Shown: piece after piece, positions 18,073 to 24,529 of the stretch | Position numbering within the stretch: the stretch's first letter is position 1 | Layout of the letters: the number at the start of each line of letters is the position of its first letter | Virus record (IMG/VR): IMGVR_UViG_3300027632_000001 | Location: 1 to 37,376 of that record | DNA: 37,376 bases | Origin: a virus | Strand: one strand, 5' to 3' | Translations under genes and position numbers: made by a program | The notes under the pieces: generated by a model | What the model saw: only the letters and a program-made list of their open reading frames with translations | Database searches by the model: none | Told to the model about the DNA's origin: nothing

Positions 18073-18109
18073 GGCTAACTCACGGGTTCGACTCCCGGGT
18101 TAGCCACCA
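18073..18109 (+). ncRNA. tRNA-like acceptor/T-arm minihelix with encoded ACCA 3' end
   Basis: GGCTAAC (18073-79) pairs perfectly with GTTAGCC (18099-105). CGGG/CCCG stem with canonical 7-nt T-loop TTCGACT (18087-93). Then A-CCA (18106-09). No D or anticodon arm. Confidence 0.6.
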
Positions 18110-18158
18110 GATTCCTATGCTCTCCTGAGCTCCCTTCAACACAGCCCCGAGGTGATCC

Positions 18159-19871
18159 ATGGCTACCAAGAAGACCGAACCTCAAGTGGACCCTAGGTTC
18201 ACCAAGAGCTTCCAGCTGTTCCTCGCCTACATGTGGAAGGAGCTAGGACTCTCTCTACCCACCCCAGTCCAGCTAGACATCGCTGAGTTCCTACAGGATG
18301 GCCCTAAACGCCGCATGGTGAAAGGCTATCGAGGTGTAGGCAAGAGCTGGATCACAGCGTCGTACGTACTGTGGCGGCTCCTTAAGGACCCCCAGGAGCG
18401 TATCCTGGTGATCTCTGCGTCTAAGGACAGGGCTGACAGCTTCACGCGCTTCACGCGTAGGCTGATCGAAGACATGCCTATGCTGCATCACCTGAAGCCT
18501 CGCCCCGGGCAGGCCGATAGTGTCGTCAGCTTTGAGGTAGGACCTGCCGAGGCTAGCCAAAGCCCCTCGCTGAAGTCCGTAGGTATCGGTGGCCAGATCA
18601 CTGGCTCACGTGCCTCCATCATTATCGCCGATGACATCGAAGTCCCCAGCAACAGCCTGACCACCATGATGCGTGATCGCCTGGCTGAAGCTGTCAAGGA
18701 GTTCGACGCCATCCTAGTCCCCGGTGAGAACAGTGAAGTAATCTACCTAGGGACAGATCAGACAGAAGCTAGCCTGTACAAGCGTCTCCCTGAGCGTGGC
18801 TACGAGGTCAAGGTTTGGCCTGTACGTGTGCCCCGCGCAGATAAGGTACGTTCGTATGGCGACACCCTGGGACCCTACGTACGGCGTCTTATTGAGGACG
18901 AGGCAGAGCCTTGGTCGCCTGTGGACCCTGAGCGTTTCGACGAGGAAGACCTCCTGGAACGTGAAGCATCCTATGGTCGCTCCGGGTTCGCACAGCAGTT
19001 CATGCTTGATCCTGCCCTATCCGACATGGAGCGCTTCCCGCTTAAGTGTAGCGACGCCATGGTCCTGGATTCCGTGGACGTAGACCAGGCACCTACTGGA
19101 CTACAGTGGTCCACCAGGAAGGACGAGCGCCTTGAGCTGACTAACTATGGCCTCACAGGTGACCGCTGGCACAGAGCACTGATGCCTTCAGGAAGCGGCC
19201 TCGCACCCTTCACTGGCTCCGTCATGTTCGTTGACCCCTCAGGTAAGGGTTCGGATGAAACCGCCTGGGCCGTCGTTAAGATCGCCCTGGGGCGTCTCTT
19301 CGTGACAGCCATTGGGTCGTCTCGGGCTGGGTACGACGATGAGGTCCTCGACCAAATCGTAGCTACAGCCAAGGAGCACAAGGTCAACGTAGTCTCTGTT
19401 GAGCCTAACTTCGGTGGTGGACTCTTCAACAAACTCCTTCAGGGTGCCTTTGCTGCCCGTGGCTATGCCTGTGCGATCGAAGATGCACCTTGGGCTAAGG
19501 GTCAGAAGGAGATCCGTATCATCGAGACTATGGAGCCTCTACTGAACCAGCATCGTCTCGTCTTCTCGAGGGATGTGATCAACAAGGACGAACGTGTCCT
19601 ACATGACGACAGCATCCCGCCTCAGAAGAGGAAGGACTACATGCTGTTCCACCAACTCACCCGTATCACCAAGGAGCGTGGGAGCCTACGACACGATGAC
19701 CGTCTGGACGCGCTAGCAGGCGCCTGTGCCTACTGGACAGATCAGATGGCCCGTAGTGAGGCCCAAGCCGAGATGGACCACAGAGCGTCTCTTATGGACG
19801 CTGAGGTCGAAGCCTTCTTGGAAGAGATAGGTTCCGGCTCTGGTGGCCCTACCTGGAACAACCCTTGGTAA
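18159..19871 (+). CDS. terL: Terminase large subunit, T7 gp19-like
   Basis: 570 aa. ATPase-like region (...ILVISASKDRADSF..., IIIADDIEVP) and nuclease region (VMFVDPSGKGSDETAWAVV). Typical position and size. Confidence 0.92.
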   Translation: MATKKTEPQVDPRFTKSFQLFLAYMWKELGLSLPTPVQLDIAEFLQDGPKRRMVKGYRGVGKSWITASYVLWRLLKDPQERILVISASKDRADSFTRFTRRLIEDMPMLHHLKPRPGQADSVVSFEVGPAEASQSPSLKSVGIGGQITGSRASIIIADDIEVPSNSLTTMMRDRLAEAVKEFDAILVPGENSEVIYLGTDQTEASLYKRLPERGYEVKVWPVRVPRADKVRSYGDTLGPYVRRLIEDEAEPWSPVDPERFDEEDLLEREASYGRSGFAQQFMLDPALSDMERFPLKCSDAMVLDSVDVDQAPTGLQWSTRKDERLELTNYGLTGDRWHRALMPSGSGLAPFTGSVMFVDPSGKGSDETAWAVVKIALGRLFVTAIGSSRAGYDDEVLDQIVATAKEHKVNVVSVEPNFGGGLFNKLLQGAFAARGYACAIEDAPWAKGQKEIRIIETMEPLLNQHRLVFSRDVINKDERVLHDDSIPPQKRKDYMLFHQLTRITKERGSLRHDDRLDALAGACAYWTDQMARSEAQAEMDHRASLMDAEVEAFLEEIGSGSGGPTWNNPW

Positions 19872-19874
19872 CCT

Positions 19875-19910
19875 GAGGACACCTCTCACCCTTCGGGCCG
19901 AGGTGTCCTC
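19875..19910 (+). other. Long stem-loop (11-bp perfect stem) between terminase and endolysin
   Basis: GAGGACACCTC ... GAGGTGTCCTC with a 14-nt loop containing CCCTTCGGG. Confidence 0.65.
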
Positions 19911-19924
19911 TCTTGGAGTACACC

Positions 19925-20452
19925 ATGCACCACTCTCACTCGAACAAAGCCCTGGCTATCATCGCCGGGCTGTCCATGGCACTGGCAGTACTGTCCCTCA
20001 CAGATAGGGTTGTACAGGCAGCAGCCGAACGGACTTTTGTGTCAATGACTTTAACGGAGCAGCTGATGCTGCATGAGGGCGTAAGACTTAAGCCCTACAA
20101 GGATAGTGTAGGTAAGTGGACGATAGGAGTAGGACGTAACCTTAGTGACGTAGGGATAACCATGGGCGAGGCAGAGGTACTGCTCGAAGCGGACATTAAA
20201 CGGGCCCGCGGCGCAGCTGCTGAGTACACATGGTTCGAGAGCCTAAACGATACCCGACAAGATGTCGTGGTTGACATGATCTTTAACTTAGGCCCTCGTG
20301 GATTTGCTAGATTTAAAGCTACCCACAGGAAGATCGAGGCAGGTGATTACGCTGGCGCAGCCAGAAACATGCTGAGATCAAAGTGGGCTACGCAGGTTGG
20401 TACCCGTGCCACGCGATTGGCCCGCTGGATGGAGGAAGGAGTTAAGGGATAG
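19925..20452 (+). CDS. SAR endolysin, T4-lysozyme-like (GH24) muramidase
   Basis: LHEGVRLKPYKDSVGKWTIGVGRNL (Glu/Asp/Thr catalytic pattern). N-terminal weakly hydrophobic ALAIIAGLSMALAVLSL signal-anchor. ATG 19925 after GGAG. Confidence 0.88.
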   Translation: MHHSHSNKALAIIAGLSMALAVLSLTDRVVQAAAERTFVSMTLTEQLMLHEGVRLKPYKDSVGKWTIGVGRNLSDVGITMGEAEVLLEADIKRARGAAAEYTWFESLNDTRQDVVVDMIFNLGPRGFARFKATHRKIEAGDYAGAARNMLRSKWATQVGTRATRLARWMEEGVKG

Positions 20453-20495
20453 AGACAGAAGGCCACAAATACTCTAGCAAGGAGCCTAGGGAACA

Positions 20496-20608
20496 CCCCA
20501 AGGCATAGCCAAGGATGGCACACCGCAGGCCCAGTACAGGGCAATTCTCGCAGTCACACACCCCAAGGCCTCCCAAGGCCACCACAGGCCTCCCCAAGAA
20601 CCCCAAGG
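20496..20608. repeat. Array of CCCAAGG motifs (5-6 copies, partly about 10-bp phased)
   Basis: CCCAAGG at 20497, 20562, 20572, 20602. CCAAGG at 20509. CCCAAGA at 20593. Confidence 0.8.
20537..20557. repeat. 21-bp direct repeat, copy 1 (CAGGGCAATTCTCGCAGTCAC)
   Basis: 18/21 identical to 20642-20662. Confidence 0.8.
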
Positions 20609-20641
20609 CAAAGCTAGGGGTACCTCTCCGCATGCCCACTG

Positions 20642-20662
20642 CAGGGCAGTTCTCGAGGTCAC
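20642..20662. repeat. 21-bp direct repeat, copy 2 (CAGGGCAGTTCTCGAGGTCAC)
   Basis: 18/21 identical to 20537-20557. Confidence 0.8.
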
Positions 20663-20664
20663 CC

Positions 20665-20703
20665 GGAGGGAGCGAGGCGGAACGCCGAGCGAGTACCCTT
20701 AGG
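20665..20703 (+). repeat. GC-rich 40-bp element, copy A (GAGCGAGGCGGAACGCCGAGCG ... CCTTAGG)
   Basis: 22-mer core identical to 20998-21019 and reverse-complementary to 25132-25153. Confidence 0.85.
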
Positions 20704-20710
20704 TACCTCA

Positions 20711-20751
20711 GCTTTATTTTGTTACTAAAATTCGAGCACCTTTTATATATA
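20711..20751. other. AT-rich island flanked by inverted GC-element copies A and B
   Basis: GCTTTATTTTGTTACTAAAATTCGAGCACCTTTTATATATA in an otherwise GC-rich non-coding region. Confidence 0.6.
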
Positions 20752-20802
20752 GGAGGAAGGCGCGAACCCCCCGTATACCCTTAGTCTACGAAGCCCAGGC
20801 CA

Positions 20803-20841
20803 CCATAGGCCACCGCTCGCCTTCGGCTCGCTCGCTCCGCG
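20803..20841 (-). repeat. GC-rich 40-bp element, copy B (variant, inverted)
   Basis: CCATAGGCCACCGCTCGCCTTCGGCTCGCTCGCTCCGCG aligns with copy D. Central hairpin changed from GGCG/CGCC to GCC/GGC. Confidence 0.75.
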
Positions 20842-20879
20842 CAGCACACACCTACACACACGAGGCTCACACGAGCTCT

Positions 20880-20963
20880 CCTTCAGGTTGCCTCAGGGTT
20901 CCTTAGCTAAGGTAGCCCTAGACACCGCAGGCCTGCTCAAGGGGACCTCAGGGCGTCCTCAGG
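20880..20963. repeat. Cluster of CCT(N)AGG short motifs
   Basis: CCTTCAGG 20880, CCTCAGG 20891, 20946 and 20957. More copies at 21024 and 21035. Confidence 0.7.
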
Positions 20964-20992
20964 TGGGTGCGGGTACTCCTTATAAGATAGGC

Positions 20993-21030
20993 GCGAGGAG
21001 CGAGGCGGAACGCCGAGCGGGTTCCTTAGG
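20993..21030 (+). repeat. GC-rich 40-bp element, copy C
   Basis: GAGCGAGGCGGAACGCCGAGCG at 20998-21019 followed by CCTTAGG 21024-21030. 45 bp upstream of the first early promoter. Confidence 0.85.
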
Positions 21031-21074
21031 TTTTCTTTAGGCGTAGGAGAGGACTACGCTCTGGCTTTTTGCAC

Positions 21075-21103
21075 TTGACTTCTCTGTCTAGGTGGTGTAG
21101 CCT
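21075..21103 (+). promoter_or_regulatory. Sigma70-like promoter P1 (TTGACT-N17-TAGCCT)
   Basis: First promoter-like site upstream of the early gene block. Weak -10. Confidence 0.45.
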
Positions 21104-21170
21104 ACGCACTCCGATAACACAGAGGCCAGTGAGGGATGCCGCAGGCGGCCCGAGGTGGCCTCAGGAGACC

Positions 21171-21419
21171 ATGACTATGCAGACCAACATTAACCGCTAC
21201 GATATGATCGATGTGATGGAAGGACAGGGACACGCCTGTGCTGACTGCTCTAAGCAGGTAGACTCAGCCTGGTTCGCACCGTGGGACTACCGAGCCTTCG
21301 TGATGTACGATGCTGGACAAGACGCACTGGGTGACATGGTGTGTGGTCCATGCCTAGAGGAGCGAGGTGAGGTGGAGGGTACGTACAGGGCAGTGGAATA
21401 CTTTCTGCTGAAAGACTGA
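21171..21419 (+). CDS. Early protein, CxxC...CxxC zinc-ribbon-like (82 aa)
   Basis: ATG 21171 after AGGAG (21163-67). CADC ... CGPC pairs. Confidence 0.6.
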   Translation: MTMQTNINRYDMIDVMEGQGHACADCSKQVDSAWFAPWDYRAFVMYDAGQDALGDMVCGPCLEERGEVEGTYRAVEYFLLKD

Positions 21420-21428
21420 AAATAAATG

Positions 21429-21457
21429 TTGACAAGCTACACAAGGACGTGTAGACT
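21429..21457 (+). promoter_or_regulatory. Sigma70-like promoter P2 (TTGACA-N17-TAGACT) with A-rich upstream tract
   Basis: Intergenic. Followed 9 nt later by the CTGAACGAA box. Confidence 0.7.
21437..21454 (+). promoter_or_regulatory. GGA-loop hairpin CTACAC-AAGGAC-GTGTAG inside the P2 spacer
   Basis: 6-bp perfect stem, hexaloop AAGGAC. Confidence 0.6.
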
Positions 21458-21502
21458 GTACCCACGCTGAACGAAACGAAACACCAACCAGAGAGAAAGA
21501 CC

Positions 21503-21730
21503 ATGGAAAACATCTTCAAAGCAATAGCACGCACCTCCTTCGGCCGCTGGGCCAGTACGCGAGGAGACTCAGGCGGCGTGGTGCTCTTCTTCATCAGTGT
21601 CTCCATCTACGCGATAATGGACCTGCCCCATGCTGAAGTACCTGGATACGTAGACCTATTCTTCATCGCCCCAATTGTTGGCTGGGTGTGGTTCGTAACC
21701 CAGATTGGTTACCACTTACCACGCAAGTAG
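21503..21730 (+). CDS. Early membrane protein (75 aa, two hydrophobic segments)
   Basis: ORF downstream of P2. VVLFFISVSIYAI and LFFIAPIVGWVWFV. Confidence 0.6.
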   Translation: MENIFKAIARTSFGRWASTRGDSGGVVLFFISVSIYAIMDLPHAEVPGYVDLFFIAPIVGWVWFVTQIGYHLPRK

Positions 21731-21751
21731 ATGACAAACAGGAGAAGCCAG

Positions 21752-21943
21752 ATGCTCATCGAGACTGCCAAACGCGAAGCCTTAGAGAAGAAACTCATCG
21801 GACAACGTGCAGAACTACGACGCCTCGAGACCCTCTACCTAACTGAAGACTACTACACACTACTCCGCGAAGTGTACCTAGGTGAACGGGAGTACGGACT
21901 AGCTAAGGTAGAGGAGTGGAAGGCTAAGGCAAAAGAGTTGTAA
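21752..21943 (+). CDS. Early coiled-coil protein (63 aa; alternative start 21731)
   Basis: ATG 21752 lies 6 nt after GGAGA. ATG 21731 abuts the upstream stop but has no RBS. Confidence 0.55.
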   Translation: MLIETAKREALEKKLIGQRAELRRLETLYLTEDYYTLLREVYLGEREYGLAKVEEWKAKAKEL

Positions 21944-21949
21944 ATAAAG

Positions 21950-21967
21950 GTTGACAAGGACGTCAAC
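21950..21967 (+). promoter_or_regulatory. GGA-loop hairpin GTTGAC-AAGGAC-GTCAAC overlapping the P3 -35
   Basis: 6-bp perfect stem, hexaloop AAGGAC. Confidence 0.6.
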
Positions 21968-21979
21968 ACCAGATAGACT
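21951..21979 (+). promoter_or_regulatory. Sigma70-like promoter P3 (TTGACA-N17-TAGACT)
   Basis: AAATAAAGG upstream tract. CTGAACGAAC box at 21989-21998. Confidence 0.7.
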
Positions 21980-22015
21980 AGCTCCACACTGAACGAACAC
22001 ACAGAGACCAAGACC

Positions 22016-22174
22016 ATGATCGACTTCCTACTAGCAGCACTACCCTTCATCCTCCTGCCCTTCGTGTTCGTGTTCGGCTTCATCTACCCGATGGCCCTAC
22101 TAGGAAGCGTGATGGAGTACGGGTGGAAGGAGAGACTGACGATGCGAGAGTTCCTCGCTGACCTACGACGCTAA
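22016..22174 (+). CDS. Early membrane micro-protein (52 aa)
   Basis: ATG after the CA/GA-rich leader of P3. MIDFLLAALPFILLPFVFVFGFIYPMALLG... Below the ORF-track size cut-off. Confidence 0.5.
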   Translation: MIDFLLAALPFILLPFVFVFGFIYPMALLGSVMEYGWKERLTMREFLADLRR

Positions 22175-22192
22175 CACACACACACACACACA
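22175..22192. repeat. (CA)9 microsatellite
   Basis: Starts immediately after TAA 22172-22174. Confidence 0.95.
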
Positions 22193-22207
22193 TAGAGAGA
22201 CAAGACA

Positions 22208-22333
22208 ATGCTTACCTATATCTTCTGGTTCTTTCTGATCGGTCTGGTTCTCGGAGGACGCCCGATCCACGCAGCAGGCCTAGCCTTTGGGTGGTACGTA
22301 GTAGGCCCAGCCCTCATCAACATGCTCGGCTAA
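22208..22333 (+). CDS. Early membrane micro-protein (41 aa)
   Basis: MLTYIFWFFLIGLVLGG... Flanked by the two (CA)n tracts. Confidence 0.45.
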   Translation: MLTYIFWFFLIGLVLGGRPIHAAGLAFGWYVVGPALINMLG

Positions 22334-22347
22334 CACACACACACACA
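22334..22347. repeat. (CA)7 microsatellite
   Basis: Starts immediately after TAA 22331-22333. Confidence 0.95.
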
Positions 22348-22356
22348 GGTACCTAC

Positions 22357-22545
22357 ATGAACACACTCATCGCAGCGGCCTACCTCTCAGCAACCTTAGC
22401 GGTACAGTTCGATGGTGGGTTCAACTTCCAGGGTACACAGGTAACCCTGAGTGCCGAAGCCTACTCGATCCAAGCTGACGTGAAGATAAAGGTTGACAAG
22501 CAAGGCAGGGTCGGGTACAGTAGACCACAGATCAACACCAACTAG
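22357..22545 (+). CDS. Early hypothetical protein (62 aa)
   Basis: In-frame ATG 22357 of ORF-track 22291..22545, just after the (CA)7 tract. Confidence 0.5.
   Translation: MNTLIAAAYLSATLAVQFDGGFNFQGTQVTLSAEAYSIQADVKIKVDKQGRVGYSRPQINTN
22493..22521 (+). promoter_or_regulatory. Sigma70-like promoter P4 (TTGACA-N17-TACAGT), embedded in the 22357 gene
   Basis: Good hexamers and spacing, located within coding sequence. Confidence 0.45.
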
Positions 22546-22557
22546 GAGAAGAGAGAC

Positions 22558-22713
22558 ATGATCGACAAAGCAGCATTCGAAGCAGCCTTTGCCAAGTGGA
22601 TGCGAGGCGAGGAGCTCAACGAACTAGAGGCACTTGAGGTGATGGAAGGCTCCCGCTGGGAAACACCCAAGGAAGTCTTCGCCAGAGCCAAGGCCACCCG
22701 AGGAGACACCTGA
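22558..22713 (+). CDS. Early hypothetical protein (51 aa)
   Basis: ATG after AGGAGAAGAGAGAC. Stop overlaps the next start (ATGA). Confidence 0.5.
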   Translation: MIDKAAFEAAFAKWMRGEELNELEALEVMEGSRWETPKEVFARAKATRGDT

Positions 22714-22877
22714 TGACAGCAGCACAGAAAGCCACCAACTACCGCAAGCTACTAGAGCAAGGCATCAAGGCTCTGAAGAACGACCCACAGGCTGACCCAA
22801 GGATCCTCAAGGAAGCAAAGGACGAACTCTGGGTAGCACGACGAGAAGAACGAGAGGAACTACTGAGACAGACATGA
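22713..22877 (+). CDS. Early hypothetical protein (54 aa)
   Basis: ATGA overlaps at both ends (22711-22715, 22874-22877), indicating translational coupling. Confidence 0.5.
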   Translation: MTAAQKATNYRKLLEQGIKALKNDPQADPRILKEAKDELWVARREEREELLRQT

Positions 22878-23260
22878 AGACCATCGACTACACAACTGAA
22901 GACTACGGGCTTGACCTTCAAGAGTCCATGTTCAACCTCGAAGGGATGCTCTACTCAAGCGACAAGGAGGAGATGAAGGAAGCCTTAGGTGAAACCTCAA
23001 GAGCCTTAGGTATGGTCTACGGCAAGGTCGAAGTTACCAACGAGTCGCTACGGGTAGGTGCCTACGACATACAAGAGGACGGAGTGTACGTGACGGAAGG
23101 GAGGCCCCGTGCGAGGCAGAGGTTGCAGATCAGGGAGGTTCCTCAGGTTGTCCTTAGGTTTCGTTCGGTGATCTTTAGCTTGGAGAGCAGGGCACTGAAC
23201 GTACGTGAAGCAACGCCTACCATCGAAGAGATCCAGGAGTGGGCGACCTCGCTAGTCTAA
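22874..23260 (+). CDS. Early hypothetical protein (128 aa)
   Basis: ORF-track ORF. Coupled start. No motif recognised. Confidence 0.65.
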   Translation: MKTIDYTTEDYGLDLQESMFNLEGMLYSSDKEEMKEALGETSRALGMVYGKVEVTNESLRVGAYDIQEDGVYVTEGRPRARQRLQIREVPQVVLRFRSVIFSLESRALNVREATPTIEEIQEWATSLV

Positions 23261-23267
23261 CCATAAG

Positions 23268-23285
23268 GTGGCCAAGGATGGCCAT
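23268..23285 (+). promoter_or_regulatory. GGA-loop hairpin (GTGGCC-AAGGAT-GGCCAT)
   Basis: 5 bp plus one G-U around hexaloop AAGGAT. 8 nt after the stop of the 22874 gene. Confidence 0.6.
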
Positions 23286-23309
23286 CAAAATGTTTGATTG
23301 AAATAATTG

Positions 23310-23338
23310 TTGACTTCCCCTGAACCTGCCGCTATATT
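23310..23338 (+). promoter_or_regulatory. Sigma70-like promoter P5 (TTGACT-N17-TATATT)
   Basis: Intergenic, AT-rich upstream (GAAATAATTG). Confidence 0.65.
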
Positions 23339-23378
23339 ATATCCAACGCAGGCAGAAACACAGACACCCGGAGCAGAC

Positions 23379-23582
23379 ATGAACATCATCCAACACATCG
23401 ACCACATGGTTCACTACTCCGCACGCAAAGCCGAAGCCAACGCCAAGTACAACCCCAAACTACAGACGAGCAAAAGCACCACCGACATCATCACCATCGC
23501 GACCCTTGACGTTATCGCACTCGGCCTGGCAGTAGGTGCCTTCGCTAAAGTGTACGCAGCCATCATAGCAGCAGTGATCTAA
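23379..23582 (+). CDS. Early protein with C-terminal TM segment (67 aa)
   Basis: In-frame ATG 23379 downstream of P5. ...IATLDVIALGLAVGAFAKVYAAIIAAVI. Confidence 0.55.
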   Translation: MNIIQHIDHMVHYSARKAEANAKYNPKLQTSKSTTDIITIATLDVIALGLAVGAFAKVYAAIIAAVI

Positions 23583-23585
23583 GAG

Positions 23586-23597
23586 AAAAAAAAAAAA
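23586..23597. repeat. A12 homopolymer immediately upstream of the P6 -35
   Basis: 12 consecutive A. Confidence 0.9.
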
Positions 23598-23599
23598 GC

Positions 23600-23628
23600 T
23601 TGACACACTGCCTGAACTGCGATAGACT
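23600..23628 (+). promoter_or_regulatory. Sigma70-like promoter P6 (TTGACA-N17-TAGACT)
   Basis: CTGAACGAAC box at 23638-23647. Confidence 0.7.
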
Positions 23629-23676
23629 AACCCCACACTGAACGAACACAGACAGAGACACACACAGAGACACACC

Positions 23677-23832
23677 ATGAACACTACATTCACTACACAT
23701 GCAGAAGACTCCGCCATCCTCCGCACCATGACCGAAGCCCTGAGGGAGATGGAAGAGCAACGCAAGGCCAACGAGATGTTCGGTAACTGGGCCTCCGCGA
23801 TGAACCGCAACAGCAACAACGAAGAGGGATAA
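23677..23832 (+). CDS. Early hypothetical protein (51 aa)
   Basis: ATG after the CA/GA-rich leader of P6. Below the ORF-track cut-off. Confidence 0.5.
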   Translation: MNTTFTTHAEDSAILRTMTEALREMEEQRKANEMFGNWASAMNRNSNNEEG

Positions 23833-23837
23833 GACAG

Positions 23838-24008
23838 ATGCGATACACACAGAAGCAGATCATTGAGCAGGGTGAGTACGTACACAACGTGTCCCTCTCC
23901 CTCAGTAAGCCAGGCCTAAGCGAAGACGAGAAGACTAGACTGAGTCAGGTGTACATCGGGATGTACCGACGCCTCCTCATCAACATGAAACGAGTGAGAC
24001 AGACATGA
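23838..24008 (+). CDS. Early hypothetical protein (56 aa)
   Basis: ATG 23838. Stop overlaps the next start (ATGA at 24005). Confidence 0.5.
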   Translation: MRYTQKQIIEQGEYVHNVSLSLSKPGLSEDEKTRLSQVYIGMYRRLLINMKRVRQT

Positions 24009-24220
24009 TCAAGAACATCATCATCGCAGTGCAGGCAGTCGTCATCGCAGTCGCCCTCGGCATAGGTATCTACGGATACACAGAGTACCAGTTCGCATAC
24101 GAGTACGGTGAGTACATCCACGGTGAGTACTCCCAGATAGTGGACGAACTGGAAGCAGCCGAGTCCAAGTACGAAGAACTCAAAGACCGCATCGAAAGCG
24201 CCATCCCCTTCACCTTCTGA
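24005..24220 (+). CDS. Early protein with N-terminal TM segment (71 aa)
   Basis: MIKNIIIAVQAVVIAVALGIGIYGY... Confidence 0.6.
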   Translation: MIKNIIIAVQAVVIAVALGIGIYGYTEYQFAYEYGEYIHGEYSQIVDELEAAESKYEELKDRIESAIPFTF

Positions 24221-24230
24221 GGAAGACACA

Positions 24231-24413
24231 ATGAAACAACGTATCAAGTACTACTGGTTTATGGCCCGACTGTTCGCACCCTTGCTGGTCCGGCCCTCCT
24301 TCTGGAAGAAACTCGGAGCCTTCCTGGCAGTAGAAGCTACCCACCTAGTGGTAAGCAACGCCAAGCACATCGCCGGCATCAGCTTCTTCCTCGTAGTCCT
24401 AGCCCTGATCTAA
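24231..24413 (+). CDS. Early membrane protein (60 aa)
   Basis: Hydrophobic C-terminus ISFFLVVLALI. Followed by a terminator. Confidence 0.55.
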   Translation: MKQRIKYYWFMARLFAPLLVRPSFWKKLGAFLAVEATHLVVSNAKHIAGISFFLVVLALI

Positions 24414-24420
24414 ACCAACA

Positions 24421-24453
24421 AGCCCTGCTCGAAAGAGTGGGGCTTTTTCTTTT
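24421..24453 (+). terminator. Intrinsic terminator (10-bp stem, GAAA tetraloop, T5CT3)
   Basis: AGCCCTGCTC-GAAA-GAGTGGGGCT then TTTTTCTTT. Confidence 0.8.
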
Positions 24454-24463
24454 GTGAAAGGGG

Positions 24464-24492
24464 TTGACATCCCACCATCCTGCCTCCATACT
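24464..24492 (+). promoter_or_regulatory. Sigma70-like promoter P7 (TTGACA-N17-CATACT)
   Basis: Directly after the terminator. Weaker -10. Confidence 0.5.
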
Positions 24493-24529
24493 ATACCCAT
24501 CGCACGACAACACCAGATGGAGACACACC

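Noticed and set aside
18073-18109. Interpretation as a conventional tRNA gene.
   Set aside because: Only the acceptor stem, T-arm and ACCA are present. There is no room or sequence for D and anticodon arms, because the 5' acceptor strand lies 3 nt before the T-stem. It is kept as a tRNA-like minihelix instead.
20722-20749. Possible promoter TTACTA-N16-TATATA in the AT-rich island, followed by AGGAGG.
   Set aside because: Poor -35. No start codon or ORF follows the SD-like sequence. AT-rich DNA yields such matches by chance.
20515-20784. 89-aa + strand ORF inside the repeat-rich non-coding region.
   Set aside because: The peptide merely mirrors the DNA repeats (TGQFSQSHTP versus TAGQFSRSPG). 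It has no RBS and crosses the GC element and the AT-rich island.
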